Assembly: GCA_002633005.1 (NCBI GenBank)
Contig: NMRA01000616.1
Span: forward strand, 1-64,000
Direction of reading: 5' to 3'
Origin: Phoronis australis
Taxonomy: Eukaryota; Animalia; Phoronida
DNA: 64,000 nt
Shown: piece after piece, positions 51,101 to 62,689 of the stretch
Position numbering within the stretch: the stretch's first letter is position 1
Layout: the number at the start of each line of letters is the position of its first letter
Made by a program: the position numbers and the translations under genes
Notes under the pieces: generated by a model
Seen by the model: the letters and a program-made list of their open reading frames with translations, nothing else
What the model was told of the DNA's origin: nothing
Database searches by the model: none

Positions 51101-52319
51101 TCCCAGAATAAACAAGCAACGCTGAAAATTCCAGTCAATCTAGAAATATTTCTGTCGCATGAAACCACAAAGCACCACATCCGCCAATGAAATGAGGCCT
51201 GCTACTGGCACATAGTTTTGTTGGCAACACCGCCTTTCGTGCAGAACTGCGACAGATCCTGAAGGCCACGCATCGTAATAAAAATACAATGTTGTCACGG
51301 AAAATTAGCCGCGCTGAATACTGATATGAACCGCGTTGATACAATATCCGATTGGTAAAGTAAATATCAAGCAACAATGAAACACAATGGGAAGTAAAAC
51401 AAAGACGCGTTTAAATAAACACAGATGTTAGGTGTCTTCACCTAAATTGCCCTGATTACCATCCTACAGTACGCCTACAAGGAGTTGAAGGTGAACGCGC
51501 AGCTGTTGCGAATGCCGGTTAAGTCTCAAAATAACAGTTTCTGACTCATTATGATGGCTTAAACTTAGAGCAATCACCCAGACTTGTTGCAAGATTAAAA
51601 AATAATTCCTTTGACGTTATTTGTATTCGTAGTGCACTGACAAAATCCACGCGGCATCACCTGAGGATGTGCCAGCACGACTGAACTGGAACCAAACAAA
51701 CATATTGGACGAATATGTTTACTAAATCAGATAACCTGTGTGTATACTTTGTACATCCTCCGTGGCTGAGCTTTTCATGATGCTTTATGAACTGTTATCG
51801 GAGTGTGAAGTACCGGTACTGCATTTAAGTTGTACCATGACATCCAGATGTCAGGGCGGCGATTTCAGGGAAGACAGCAGATTAATTATCTTAACCAAGT
51901 CTAATAAGTGTTTGCTTTCTCTCAAATATTCGATTGCATATGGGTTTCTAACAGCCTCTAATAAAACGACGAAAACAAATATTGTTGAACCAATGTTCAT
52001 TTCCTCCCCCCTATAATATTAATAGGATTCAGGGGGTCCAAAATGAAACGGACTAAGTAGGTAAGTTTATAAGAAGATATGTATGAAGGCTGAGATAACT
52101 CTAGCCTGTTCAAGTCTCGACATTCAAAATGTCTTAGACGACAAAATCTCATATTCATATAGTTATATCACCAGACCAAAGAATTGTCCGTACTAGTATG
52201 TTGTTGGATGGCCGATCCACTCATGTGGTTTAAGTAATGAACAGAATGTGTCTTACCAGCAACAAGTATCTACCAGCGAAATCCACAGCCTCCCGACACA
52301 AAACACTGCAGCGAGCCAT
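32924..52319 (-). CDS. NOX4: NADPH oxidase 4-type gene, whole span (17 coding exons, 1659 nt, 552 aa)
   Basis: All introns are GT-AG and the phases chain to one open frame. Four heme His (MHITC, VGHLIN, YVHRL, FHAV), HPFT FAD motif, DGPFGSP, GGIGITP, CGP, terminal ESF. No EF-hands. NOX4-diagnostic stretches YLHQMLG, NLNCGLILLPMCRTL, QTN..TH.PGC, WQ.N.PD, RL...RP.W...F.EI. Confidence 0.95.
33098..33205. repeat. (CACG)n/(CA)n microsatellite in the last NOX4 intron
   Basis: Directly visible. Confidence 0.97.
34528..34700 (-). CDS. NOX4: NOX4 exon 16
   Basis: MWQINKPDFLDVKLFVT...RRLYANRPQWSAVFKEIESCHP; 173 nt. Confidence 0.93.
35813..35918 (-). CDS. NOX4: NOX4 exon 15
   Basis: QTHKHKLQRLYIIWASKTVGLFMPFADLLSDANSQ; 106 nt. 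Confidence 0.9.
37402..37521 (-). CDS. NOX4: NOX4 exon 14
   Basis: MYIDGPFGSPVEDILKFPVGVCIAGGIGITPVVALLNHI; 120 nt. Confidence 0.96.
37990..38068 (-). CDS. NOX4: NOX4 exon 13
   Basis: (G)ALSNYLLEDEETRTLLPVRSRRTRL(K); 79 nt; phases 1 and 2 fit the neighbouring exons. Confidence 0.85.
38804..38977. repeat. Tandem duplication, 86 bp x2
   Basis: ctatcaaagaaatgaacatttacatg...tgactttgac starts at 38804 and 38890. Confidence 0.92.
39597..39648 (-). CDS. NOX4: NOX4 exon 12
   Basis: VKDSHFTIHLTTHGDWS; 52 nt. Confidence 0.9.
39907..39969 (-). CDS. NOX4: NOX4 exon 11
   Basis: FVLINCPSISSLEWHPFTISD; 63 nt; FAD-binding motif. Confidence 0.95.
40247..40411 (-). CDS. NOX4: NOX4 exon 10
   Basis: SWMWVCGPLVVYLVD...FKSRPGQ; 165 nt. 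Confidence 0.95.
41420..41570 (-). CDS. NOX4: NOX4 exon 9 (extracellular E-loop)
   Basis: GILKQQTNIATHTPGCDFNNESHPWPEPEYYEGLSQRCDTEPSFGTPVRQ; 151 nt. Confidence 0.93.
41950..42030 (-). CDS. NOX4: NOX4 exon 8
   Basis: RHNHDLFWYVHRLFIVFYGLLIFHAVR; 81 nt; two heme His. Confidence 0.95.
42275..43475. mobile_element. Helentron/HINE-like interspersed element with internal higher-order repeats (CCACTAGG(G/A/T)GGCG core) and a terminal (GGAC)-type microsatellite
   Basis: Recurring ttgccactagg(g)ggc, aaattt..tgaa.atcc and ttt.gagata motifs; ends cggacgccggacggacgccggacggacgg. Related copy at 62060-62470. Class assignment is inferred. Confidence 0.55.
43514..43661. mobile_element. hAT-type MITE with perfect 8-bp TSD
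   Basis: TIR cagtgctgtagtggt / accactacagcactg; GTAGAACT at 43506-43513 and 43662-43669. Confidence 0.88.
44392..44464 (-). CDS. NOX4: NOX4 exon 7
   Basis: VPGVTGVAMMLVLCLIVSSSLSSAR; 73 nt. Confidence 0.93.
45379..45406 (-). CDS. NOX4: NOX4 exon 6 (28-nt micro-exon)
   Basis: ctatttcag|NPLYIVVFS|gtaagc; needed to keep phase. Confidence 0.88.
45541..45638 (-). CDS. NOX4: NOX4 exon 5
   Basis: (L)IHFVGHLINAKNFCMNYNSIYLDVNAATSPNQ; 98 nt. Confidence 0.93.
45936..46020 (-). CDS. NOX4: NOX4 exon 4
   Basis: ISRRSLRMLIDNCKSMHITCSIAIVIFS; 85 nt; first heme His. Confidence 0.93.
46365..46710. mobile_element. MITE in NOX4 intron 3
   Basis: Termini cagggccccttttat... / ...ataaaaggggacccg. Confidence 0.5.
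46760..46873 (-). CDS. NOX4: NOX4 exon 3
   Basis: GWLCVARGSATCLNLNCGLILLPMCRTLMAWLRGLFSK; 114 nt. Confidence 0.95.
49909..50004 (-). CDS. NOX4: NOX4 exon 2
   Basis: VLWIGVNVVLFWRTYQYYKYDPSYFYLHQMLG; 96 nt; cag/gtaag. Confidence 0.95.
52257..52319 (-). CDS. NOX4: NOX4 coding exon 1 (MARCSVLCREAVDFAGRYLLL)
   Basis: ATG with an in-frame stop 6 codons upstream; 21 codons; donor CTG|GTAAGA, phase 0. Only weak similarity to other NOX N-termini, so this is the least certain exon. Confidence 0.7.
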
Positions 52320-54184
52320 GACAACCTCTCCTTTTCATTCGCGAATCATCTAAATCTATGTACCGGTTCGACTTCGACCATCCTTGCCCCCTTCAATGCC
52401 GAGTTCGGCGAGGTGAACAAGGTCACGGCGGTTGTCCTAAGTGAATCAGCGACTAAGACCAGACGATCAGCTGGCTCTTGTACTCCATTTGCAGAGCAGT
52501 CGCGGTATTTTGGACTGACTAAGCCAGCTGTCTGAATAAGCTAGCTGTATGATGAATTCTTGAATTGCCTTTGTCTAAATCGTGAAAGCCGGGGAGGCTT
52601 GTATGGGACAACACATGCAACTCTCGCCAACTCACGGGATTGGAACTAAACCGTGGACCAAGACGAGCGAGTTGTTTACATTGACTCGGTGTTAATTCGA
52701 TTAGCAGAGGTCAAAGATCTGCCACCGGAAGTTATCATTGCGGACGCCAGTCGCTGACATTTTATGCGGAATAAATGAAGATTGGCAGTTGGAGTTGCAT
52801 GGTTGTAAAAGAAACACTTGAACATTCCTAAATATAGGTAAAACATGTTGCCACACATGTTTTTATTTAACCGTCCGAAAGTATGTCGCATGTGTGTTTA
52901 GGTGGCATACTTGCAGAAGTAACAGTTGTTTGTTTTGAGAACACGCGTGGCACAATAAGTGACATGTTAGAACACTAATGGAAAATCTTTGATCGACATT
53001 AGACTTCTGCGGGGACGAGGAAACTGGATTCCCAGTCAGTGATAAGTGAAGAATGGACTAAAACACCATTATAGCCATTTGTTCAATACGTGCATCGTTG
53101 AATTACACCTATTGTAAACAATATGAATATTATTTGCGTTCATGTTTCATACATTGGGAAATTGCTCCATGAACCATGTGCTCGTTGGAGAAATGCTTTT
53201 TGATGTTCGCTCACCGGCAAACTATGTTCGGAAATTCTTTTCATGAAGTTCCATCATAAAGTATAAATTGTACATAAAAAGTTCATCGGATGGAAAACGG
53301 ATAATGATAAATGATTTACCAAATCCCTCATAGGAATGTTTGTTCAAATCGACTGTGTATCGCTCACATGTACACTTAGTCGTTTACTAAGACAAGTAAG
53401 GCTGGATCTGATATTAAAATTCAAACATTTACAAAACCATTGCGAAAGTTTTAGTAAAACACCAGTTGGGGTCATATTGTTGATGCTGAAAACGGGAATG
53501 GTGAAAAACCTAAGACGAACGCATGTGCATTGTGTTAAAGATAAAAATTTAGAATTCACAACAAGAATTTACCAAATGTCTCAGGACGGAACGTATTTTG
53601 CGAAGGAGAATTAACACCGAGCTCCCACCCTCTCGTGCACGCATTCACTGATATTGGAACATTAGAACCGTTGCTAATAAGTAGTTCACTTCCCAAAGTT
53701 TGGCCGCTAGAGTGCGCAGTCCAAGAGCTTAACACACGCTGTGTCCCGGTAATTGTTTATTCACAGGGGCGGATCCAGGATTTTGAGTGAGGCGGGGGAA
53801 GGGCAGAGTATTAGCCAGGATTTTGCTTGTCAGACAGTGGCACTCCCGAACTGCCCAATGGAATCTTGGAGAATTTTAGGGGGGCCATGGCCCCCTTGGC
53901 CCCCCTCTAAATCCGCCATTGATTCATGCATGAATTTGGTTCCTATGATAACGCAAGGCCACATAGGCATATCTGGAATTTGCTGTTTGGAGGCCATATG
54001 CCAGATTTGCCCGAATCTCAACAACTTACGTCCAAAAGTACAATACTGGAGTATGCAGATCGCCACCAGTTTCCATTTATGACTGGGCAAAAGTTCTAAC
54101 CCATGCCAGTTGCGCCAATCAAGAACGCCCGGAACATGACAATTTTTTTCCATACTATCAGTTGCAGACACAAGCTTGAATAAA

Positions 54185-55145
54185 GTATATTATACCACAA
54201 TATTAGCCTCGAATGGCAGATACAACCGTGTAATAACCCATATAGTTATCTCACCAGTGAGATATTATTTTGGGGAGAAAGCGAGGCCGGATTCGAATCC
54301 GGACCTCAAGAGTTTACCACTACACCACTCAGCGGCTGACGTCATCCAACGTGAAAATAGAATACTTAAATGAGAACGCGCAATAATCCCATGTTCAACA
54401 AGTCGCATTGCACTGACATAAATATACGTGTGAAAAACAAAACGCACAATTTCCATAAAAACGATATTTTAATTAAGTGAAATTTTTCTCTCATGTTCTC
54501 TCACTTGTAAACCACCGATCTCCAATTGTAATGCGGGTATCGTGTCGTCGGGATCCTTTGACTTGAGAATTACTCTCAGTTACCAGTGGTAACGTACTTA
54601 AGCAGACGATAGTTTCCCGGTCGAAGCTTAGCGTGATATAATGTGTTTTAAGCTATAACAGTTGGTAAACCTTAATTTATAAATTCACTTTATTTCTATT
54701 TTGTTTAAATTTTCAATTGGTTTTATTGGTTTTGAGTAAAAGCATTATTTGACAAAAATCGCTCGGCTTTTCTTAAAAGGGCACGACCTCCAACTCCGGG
54801 CCTCTGACATAGAAAGTAGTTTCAAAGCCGAGGCGAGTCGAGAAAGGTAAATCGTTTCGTTGCACTGTTTCTCGTTTAGGATGTGGTATAAATAGATTAT
54901 TACATGTTCTCATTCGTTATCCCCTTATCTCTAGATAACGTGGGATAACGACTTCGCCATGTAATAAACTATATTTATACCATAATATTAGCCTCGAATG
55001 GCAAATACAACCGTGTAATAACCCATTTAGTTATCTCACTAGTGAGATAACATTTTGGCGGGAAACCGAGGCCGCTAATTCTCCAAAATCCACTCGGGCT
55101 CTAGATAACAGGGGATACCGACTTCGCCATGTAATAATCTATATA
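54185..55145. repeat. Modular repeat element: two ~100-bp and two ~45-bp direct repeats with an embedded tRNA-like segment
   Basis: tatacca.aatattagcctcgaatggca...gaggccg at 54191 and 54976; ctctagataac...gacttcgccatgtaataa at 54929 and 55098. Confidence 0.7.
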
Positions 55146-55734
55146 AATCTCAACTTAGGTTTGGTTATTATAATTCAGCCCATACATTTTTGAGAGAGCA
55201 ACCAATTTTATTTCCCGCAAAAATTATATAATAAATACTCAAAGTTTGAAAAGAGGACGGAATTCAAACGTTATTAAACAATTTTTAACATTATCTGTCC
55301 AGCGCTTTCCGACAACTTAGCCAAAATCCTATAGAAATATTGGCATCGTAATTAAAAGTCACATGCGCATCGATTCCAAAGTCTATTACCTGTAAAATCT
55401 CATCTCATATCAACACCAACGGTATGGGTAGGTGGAAACCAGTTTATCCCTAAATAAAACGCACAGCTTTACTTTGAATATTTACAGAATTGATGTAATC
55501 TTTGTAATGTCAGACGACAAAAACATAATCTTCTGGAATTGGTGCTACGCAAGAATCAAATAAATAGTTATTGTCACGAAAATTTGAGCACCTCGCTCTG
55601 AAGCATCAGCCAGTGTGGTAACACGTTTTCTTTGAATTCGGAAAAATTAGTCCAGAATAACTTTTGAGTATTCATAAGGCGTTTTATACATGTATGTAAC
55701 AACTGAAATACCTAGTTCAAAATAGAAATGATGT

Positions 55735-56000
55735 TTTACAGTAGTTTGGTGAACAGATTTCGTTTGAATAAGTTAATAGACGTTCTCTGTTTCATATACC
55801 AGTTGTTTAAACAATTATGTAAATCCAGATTTTCTGTGCTTTCGGATATGAAGACAATGTCGTCCGGATAAACCAAAATGGACAGCATTGAATCACAAAA
55901 CTGCACATCCTTACCCAATTCATTGACATAATTAATTAAATCAATAGTATAAAGAGCAGAAAGTGTAGGGATAAATTATCTCCATGACGAACACCGTTTT
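55735..56000 (-). mobile_element. Degraded LINE RT fragment
   Basis: NGVRHGDNLSL..., SILVYPDDIVFISES (degenerate YADD). Confidence 0.6.
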
Positions 56001-59000
56001 CATGGTTACCAATCGGAAGGCATGACAGAAATCGTCAAAAAATATCACTTAGTCAAACTTTAAGCTTCATACATAGGGGGCGGAGTTTGCGATAGGTCAG
56101 TTGGGAATAGGCTCATGTCCTTTGTAATCCAGAACCAGCATGGGTGGCTCAGCACTGAAAGAAGTGGGGGCTATAGCCCCCTATGGTGCGTCGCCCATGA
56201 CTAGGTATTGTATTAAGAGTTCAGACAGCTATTAAACACTGGGACGGTGACAGATGTTACTGCACTCTGTGTAGATAAATTTTCAAGACCATTGATGCTA
56301 CAAATTTATAAATATTTTGTAAATTGATTTGTTATTTCTCATTTCTTTCTATTTTACGAGTTAGTCTATTCTATTCAATTCTACCACATGCTTTGTTTCT
56401 AATGTATACAGAATATCACAGACTGTGGGCATGCCGTGTCGTACCTGAAGACCGGAAGCAGCCAACTTCAAACTGAAAAGCAAGTTTGGCAAGGGGTGTG
56501 TCAGCAAAAGTGAGGTGCACGTGGCAGTCTCCCACGGAGGCTCGTTGATAACAATTTCTTGTTCATTCCACAGCAATAAACCGGGACCATCACCACTGAA
56601 CTACCCCTGGTAACATCATGAAGCTAAGGAACTGTCAAACACGCATGAAATCTTGTAGTTCTACGGTTTTCCGAACCAGAGGTATACCAAAGGAAGAAAG
56701 TCATTTTCTCTAAAACATGTTTATTGTGTTTTAATTAAGTTATATGCACGGTACAAGGTACCGGTAGACATCAATTTGTGCAAACACAAGACAGCAGAGA
56801 AAATGATTCGAAAATTTATAAATTTACTTACTATAATTTTAATCATTATGAACTACATAGATTAAGAGCTGACTATACTTCAGAGGCCTTAAAGGCATTC
56901 TTCACCTTAGACAACAATAATTCAGTCTGATAAAAAATGCACAGAACGTAGCAAAGTTCACCTTTCGTAACATGTTACATTATCAACAGTTGTGATATAA
57001 CAATACGATTTACCATTTACAAATAAAGAAATTCTATACATCTATTTTAATGCAAAGAATATGTTCACTTGACTAACGGTTAGTGGCAATTTCGTTCATT
57101 CTGTTAGATTCATTCTACACCAGATACATGTACACCGAGCGCCACTGGCACTTTTTACCTGATCAAATTATGACCAACACTAGAGAATACTACCATATGA
57201 GAACGCCCCCTCCCGTGTAAGACTTTTTGTGGTTTTCAGAAGCTGATTTCGTTTTTCTGGCGAAATTTTCTTCAATTTTGATTTTTGATTCTGTCCAGAA
57301 GGGGGGGGGTTGAACCTCCTGAAACCCTCCCTGTAGATCCGTCTCTGTAATTTGTTGCTTTTTATGTAAATTAGAGTACCGGCCGTAATATAAGCACACG
57401 GCATCAAGCTATGCAATATTTTAATATGCTTGAAACCATTGTTAGATAGAATTGCTATGAATCATGCTCTCCTTTATTTGAGTTGAACCTGGTTACAACA
57501 ATCGCTTGGTATTTTCTGACAGCATAGTGCCTTGGCGACTAAAAGTAATCCGTCGGGACAAGCAACTTAATGGGTCTACCCTGAAACAACAGAGCACCCC
57601 CATCAGTTACATTTTCAAGCCTTGAAAAATCTCTAATCCGTGAAGAGCAATATATGACCGATTTTGCAACAGAAAGTGACCTTAATCAAGAGTTTTGACT
57701 GAACACACGTTTAAGTATCACCTGCTGCGAGCTAAAGCTCACAACCAATCCGTCAGAACAAAGAAGTGTCGGTACGCCTAAAGAATTTGCGTTGTTTTGA
57801 AGTTGAGTTAATTACCATGGAAAATGAGATAGTTAAGAGGTACCAACTCTTTTGGACTTTTGCGACAACGTTTCGTATGTTGTTGGACGTGCTCTTACCC
57901 CCATCCAGGCTCTCGTTGATCTTCGTAGTAATGCTACGGCAAGTACGGGAGATTATGTCGCGCCTTCTTGCTTGAAGGACGTCACATAATCCACACGCCC
58001 TCCGTGGAAACAAGGAGGAAGATAATCACATACCTGCGCGAATCTCTTTGTCTGCCAAGTGATCATATTATAAGACGCGCTGTTTATGTGTTACAACGTA
58101 GTGCAACTCGAACGCGTCTTCGCTATCACTCCTGCCTAGTCTTTCTGTATGCACGCACGTCCCCTAACGGAAGATGGGTCTGTGTTTCGCGAGGCGCTAA
58201 TTATTACAGAGTTGAGAGAGAGAGAGGGAGAGGGAGAGGGAGAGGGAGGGAGAGAATAATCAGACAAACGCAGAAAAATTCACTTAAAACTTTAACGTCC
58301 ATGCATTTGCATATCATTATTAATGAAATTTGAACGACTTGGTATACGCAGTTAGAACCAAGCTCTGCGAACTTTTCGATCACTGCTTAGTTCATCTGTT
58401 ACATGAAAATATGCATCGCATGGCAAATCATGGCGTTTCAAACATTAATGACCATTTGTACTTTCTTTTGTGTAACTTTCCAAAAAAATTGAAATTGATG
58501 GGGTAGACCCTCTTTTTCTTTAATTCCTTGAGAGTAGACTGAAAATGAGTTGGAGTACATAGCAGAACCAGCTATTATGCCATTTTCCCTAACAAGTGTA
58601 CATGTATGTGTTGCGGCTGCGACAACAGTCGCAACAACTCGGCCTCCCAGTTTTGAGTAACCGAGAGATCCTAGGTTAGCCAAAGAGTAGTACGTGTTCA
58701 TCAACACGACTCGTGTATGCGCTTGTCCAATATTGGCGAACCGAGGTGACAATAAGAGCAGGGAGTTGATGGGAAGACGTTTTTGAGCTCACAACTGGTT
58801 TTTTGAACTTATACATTTATAAGACACGGATCTATACTGTCTGAATTTTGAGGGGCAACTCCCCCTCCTGACCCCCACCTAATACGCCCATGTTTGTACC
58901 GCTCGGACCAATAGCTACTCATTTATCGCCTTCCAGGTAAACTGGGTTTTCAAATTTACGGCACTTCTACTTCATGATGTCATCACAGTCACCACATGTT

Positions 59001-59968
59001 GCACTTCTTTTCGGGATTCATCCTCGCCCCTGCCTTACATCTGAACTGCTTGGCAAACTGTCGAGAGTTGGACAGAGTCCCAATGATCCTGCAAGACATA
59101 CACATTCTTACACTGCTGCAGATTATTCAAGCTCTGTTACGAAAACCTAACATGGAAATGTATAGCCAGATACGTACTACACTGTACACACTACAGTGTA
59201 CACCATCCAATGTACAGGTATCCATTTATCAATAAGCAAACGCTCCATCATCAAAACAACTGTTTAAAGTTATTTCATGGCTTCTTTGCACGCACGACGA
59301 AGTTTATCCGTTTCCACATACATTTTTGTTAAAAAGAAGGGTGTCGTAAGCATTACTTGATTATTTGAAGTGGCATTTCTTCAAGGTTTAGCTGCTGAAA
59401 ACGAAAAAAATGAATCGAGCCACTTGAGCTCACAACATTCCTATTCATGACAGCACAGATCCAATTTCAAGTGTCAAATTCGGAACACAGTGCAATCGTA
59501 ACGGAACTATGGCTAAGTATAGGCTCTCCCGCGATATCTCGATATCTAAGGCGAGCGGCAGTGTCACTGGGCACTACGACTCCGTTTCCGTCGTCTGCTC
59601 CACTGTGCAATGACGAAAATTACTTCATTTTCTAAAGAAAATGGAATCTTTGTGATGATGAAAAAACAGAAGTTGCTCATAAGATGTCAATTTTAATCGA
59701 AGCCTTAGCGAATCACTCAGAAACTCATAATTCTGTCTTTGTCAAACCTTAACTTAAGACGATTTCCAAAGCAATCGCGTCATTATTGCCAACACCAAAA
59801 ACGGATATGGTCTTTTGGGCAATTGAAGACTATTTTAAATACAACAAATTTGTTACGAACTGATGGCACAAAATATAAAACATGTAATAAGCATTACAAA
59901 AAGAATGTTTCGCGCAAACGCTGTGGACCATAAACAAGTAGGTCTCGTAGTATCAAATTAGGAGTTGA

Positions 59969-60046
59969 GTCGTGGTGGTGCAATGGTAAGCACGCGCGCT
60001 CTATCCGCCAGGTCGTGAGTTCGAGTCTGCGGCGTATACAGTTTTT
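59969..60046 (+). pseudogene. tRNA-derived SINE head or tRNA pseudogene
   Basis: A box TGGTGCAATGG (59976), B box GTTCGAGTC (60019), downstream T-run; anticodon arm and acceptor stem imperfect. Confidence 0.5.
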
Positions 60047-62689
60047 CCTGTTTGACACTTTCTCCGTTTTCTTGCCTTTTTTTGTATAATACTTCGGGAA
60101 TCAAGGAAAATGCTTGATTTTTAGAGGAAAAAACAGAAAAATTTCCCCCCTTTCGGTGCTATACGCATCTACAATCATGCTTTGAGCTAATGTTTACAGA
60201 CAAAATGTTGCTAGTTGGGACCCCCTTGTGATATCCTAGATCCGCCACTGAATTGCGATTTCAAAACCAGTGCATGTACCCGTTGCCAACACATTCGCAA
60301 CAATGAGAGTGGTAACGTTTTTAAATTCCAAAGCGCTTCAGATAAGAATTCACCATTAACTGCTAAACAGCCACGTCACTTCAGTCATGCGTTTCGGCAA
60401 TTCATCGTAATCTTGGCCAGACTTCATAGTGGTGAGAAGTTGTACCCCTGTTTGTTTTTACGCTGTTTGGTTTTTAACTAAAAATATCTTGCGGATCCCC
60501 TCATGCCGTGACTATCGGTGCAATTCAATTATAAATAGGTTGCCAACAGTCAGATATTTGTCCTAAAAGCTCCTTACACATTCTACATGGGAAGATACTC
60601 ATTTTCATTTGAAATCGGAGCATTTGTTTATTTTCCCCACGATCAGCTTGGGCCCGACACTATTTTTACTGCCACCTGTTAGAGAGACTGTCAGTTGAGA
60701 CTAGCAAAGGGACCGTCGTTTTTAACAGAAATCTAATTTGAAGCGAAGATCAGAACAACGGAACAATAAATTTGCAAAACAGGGTGCAATGATTTTGTTT
60801 GCATTCTTGAGACACATTCAACCTGTCAACTTTGTTTATTCTGACAACTTGAATTTAATGTCTGCAAACACGAAGTTTAGCAACCTCTATAACAGCAACT
60901 GAAGTATAGATATACATGTACCTGTACATGGGAAGGGAGTGCAAATCTTCTTCTAGGTCCAGATCTGTCTGTTCTTTAGTACTAGATGAACAATGAAGCT
61001 GCAGCGGAAACATTCAATTATAGTAAATCGCCAATTGACAAAATCCTTTCATTATTTTGCTTTGCTTGTAGGCATAACAAAAAACAGACAATGTAACCTA
61101 TTTGATGGAGCCCATCACCTGTTTTAACAACCATTTTTCAAATGTCTTAAGCAATTGGACAGAGCAGCCCAAACTCAAAATGACGTGTTACGCATGAGTG
61201 ATTCGTTGATACAGTTTGTACAAATGGTATATCATTTTTCTACCAAGAAGTCTAATATTCGGTAAGCTTAAAATGACTGACTACAAAGCCAGTGACCAAT
61301 TATTTTTAAGGATTTATCTCCCTCCCTGTCCCTTCCCTCTTCTTTCCCTACATCTCCGCCGTCACTCTCGTCCTCTCTTTCGCCTCCTCCAACTCACCTG
61401 TGCAAAGCCGAGGAAGAATAGCTGTTTGTGAGTTAAGTTCAAGCCTGGAAGAGGCTGCTCATCGCCATTCTCTGATATCCAATTTTCGTAAGCCTAAGAT
61501 AAATTATTGCATTCTTAGCATTATCATGTAGATGTAAGGCCCAATTCTAGGTTTGCGTCTTCTTAATGTGTCAGGTGACAAAAGCAACCCGTAGCGTTGA
61601 TATGCACTCATTTTGTGCATCACACATAGCGCAGATACAAGTGATAATCATTATTTAAAACATTTCTACTAAAAAAGCACTGCTAGTAAACTTCAAATAG
61701 CCTATACACTGTAGGTGGTGCAAAGCAAGTCAGCAATGCTCTCCTCCAGAGAAACACATCTGTCATCATTTACGATGATTCTTCACACAGTCGAGAGGAT
61801 CGAGAGGTGGTCAACAAAGAACTTAACGAAAACAATAAGAAAGTCACTAAGAGGTGCAACGTGTAGGCAAAATCCATTTAAACAGAGCTTGCGCTGTCGT
61901 CTATACGTGATAGTAATCCATCAACGAACTCAACAGCTATCACGACAAACTCAAAGAAAAACAATATTGTCACTCAGGGTTACTCCACATCTGTCGGGTT
62001 TGACCAAATTGCACAGGTGCACATGCTCCAATTTTCATACCAACCCTTGAAGTGGTTTGTCCGATAGAGAGGCGGACGCCAAAACAGACTCAAAATAGCC
62101 AAAAATGGCCACAAGGTGGCAAACATTACTACAAATCCATCTGAAAACGTGAAGTGTCATCGGCTCTTTAATAGAAACCTATTTGCCAAATTTCATAAAA
62201 ATCCGTCAAGAAACTCCAACGACAAACGAAAAAAATCAAGAGGTTGTCATTCGTTGTCACCTTCATAGAAATTCACTTCTGTCCTGCATGGGGTTTAAGA
62301 GTTACAACCGCCACTAGGGGGCGCCACAGTACTAAATTGGCGCCGTTCGAGAATCGTTGTCAGGCGTCCTCTCTACCAATGAGACCACATCAGCCAATTT
62401 TCATACGAAAACCAGTAGTTTGGTCGATAGAGAGGCAGACGTCAGTAAAAATTACAAAAATCTACAAAAACGCCATTCATTGTTTAACAAAGCAACAATT
62501 TTACAAAATACTGTTTAAAGTAAAAATATAATGCCCAGTGACTTCTAGGTTTGTATATATACATTATATGTTTTGAGTTCTGCAATAAATAAATAAATAG
62601 ATGAATAAATAGACAGAGAGACAGACATAGATTCATACATACATGCATATTTACATACATCAGTATAGTTCGGTAGCAACCTTTCATTT

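Noticed and set aside
59969-60046. Functional tRNA gene
   Set aside because: Acceptor stem and anticodon arm do not fold properly; kept only as a tRNA-derived relic.
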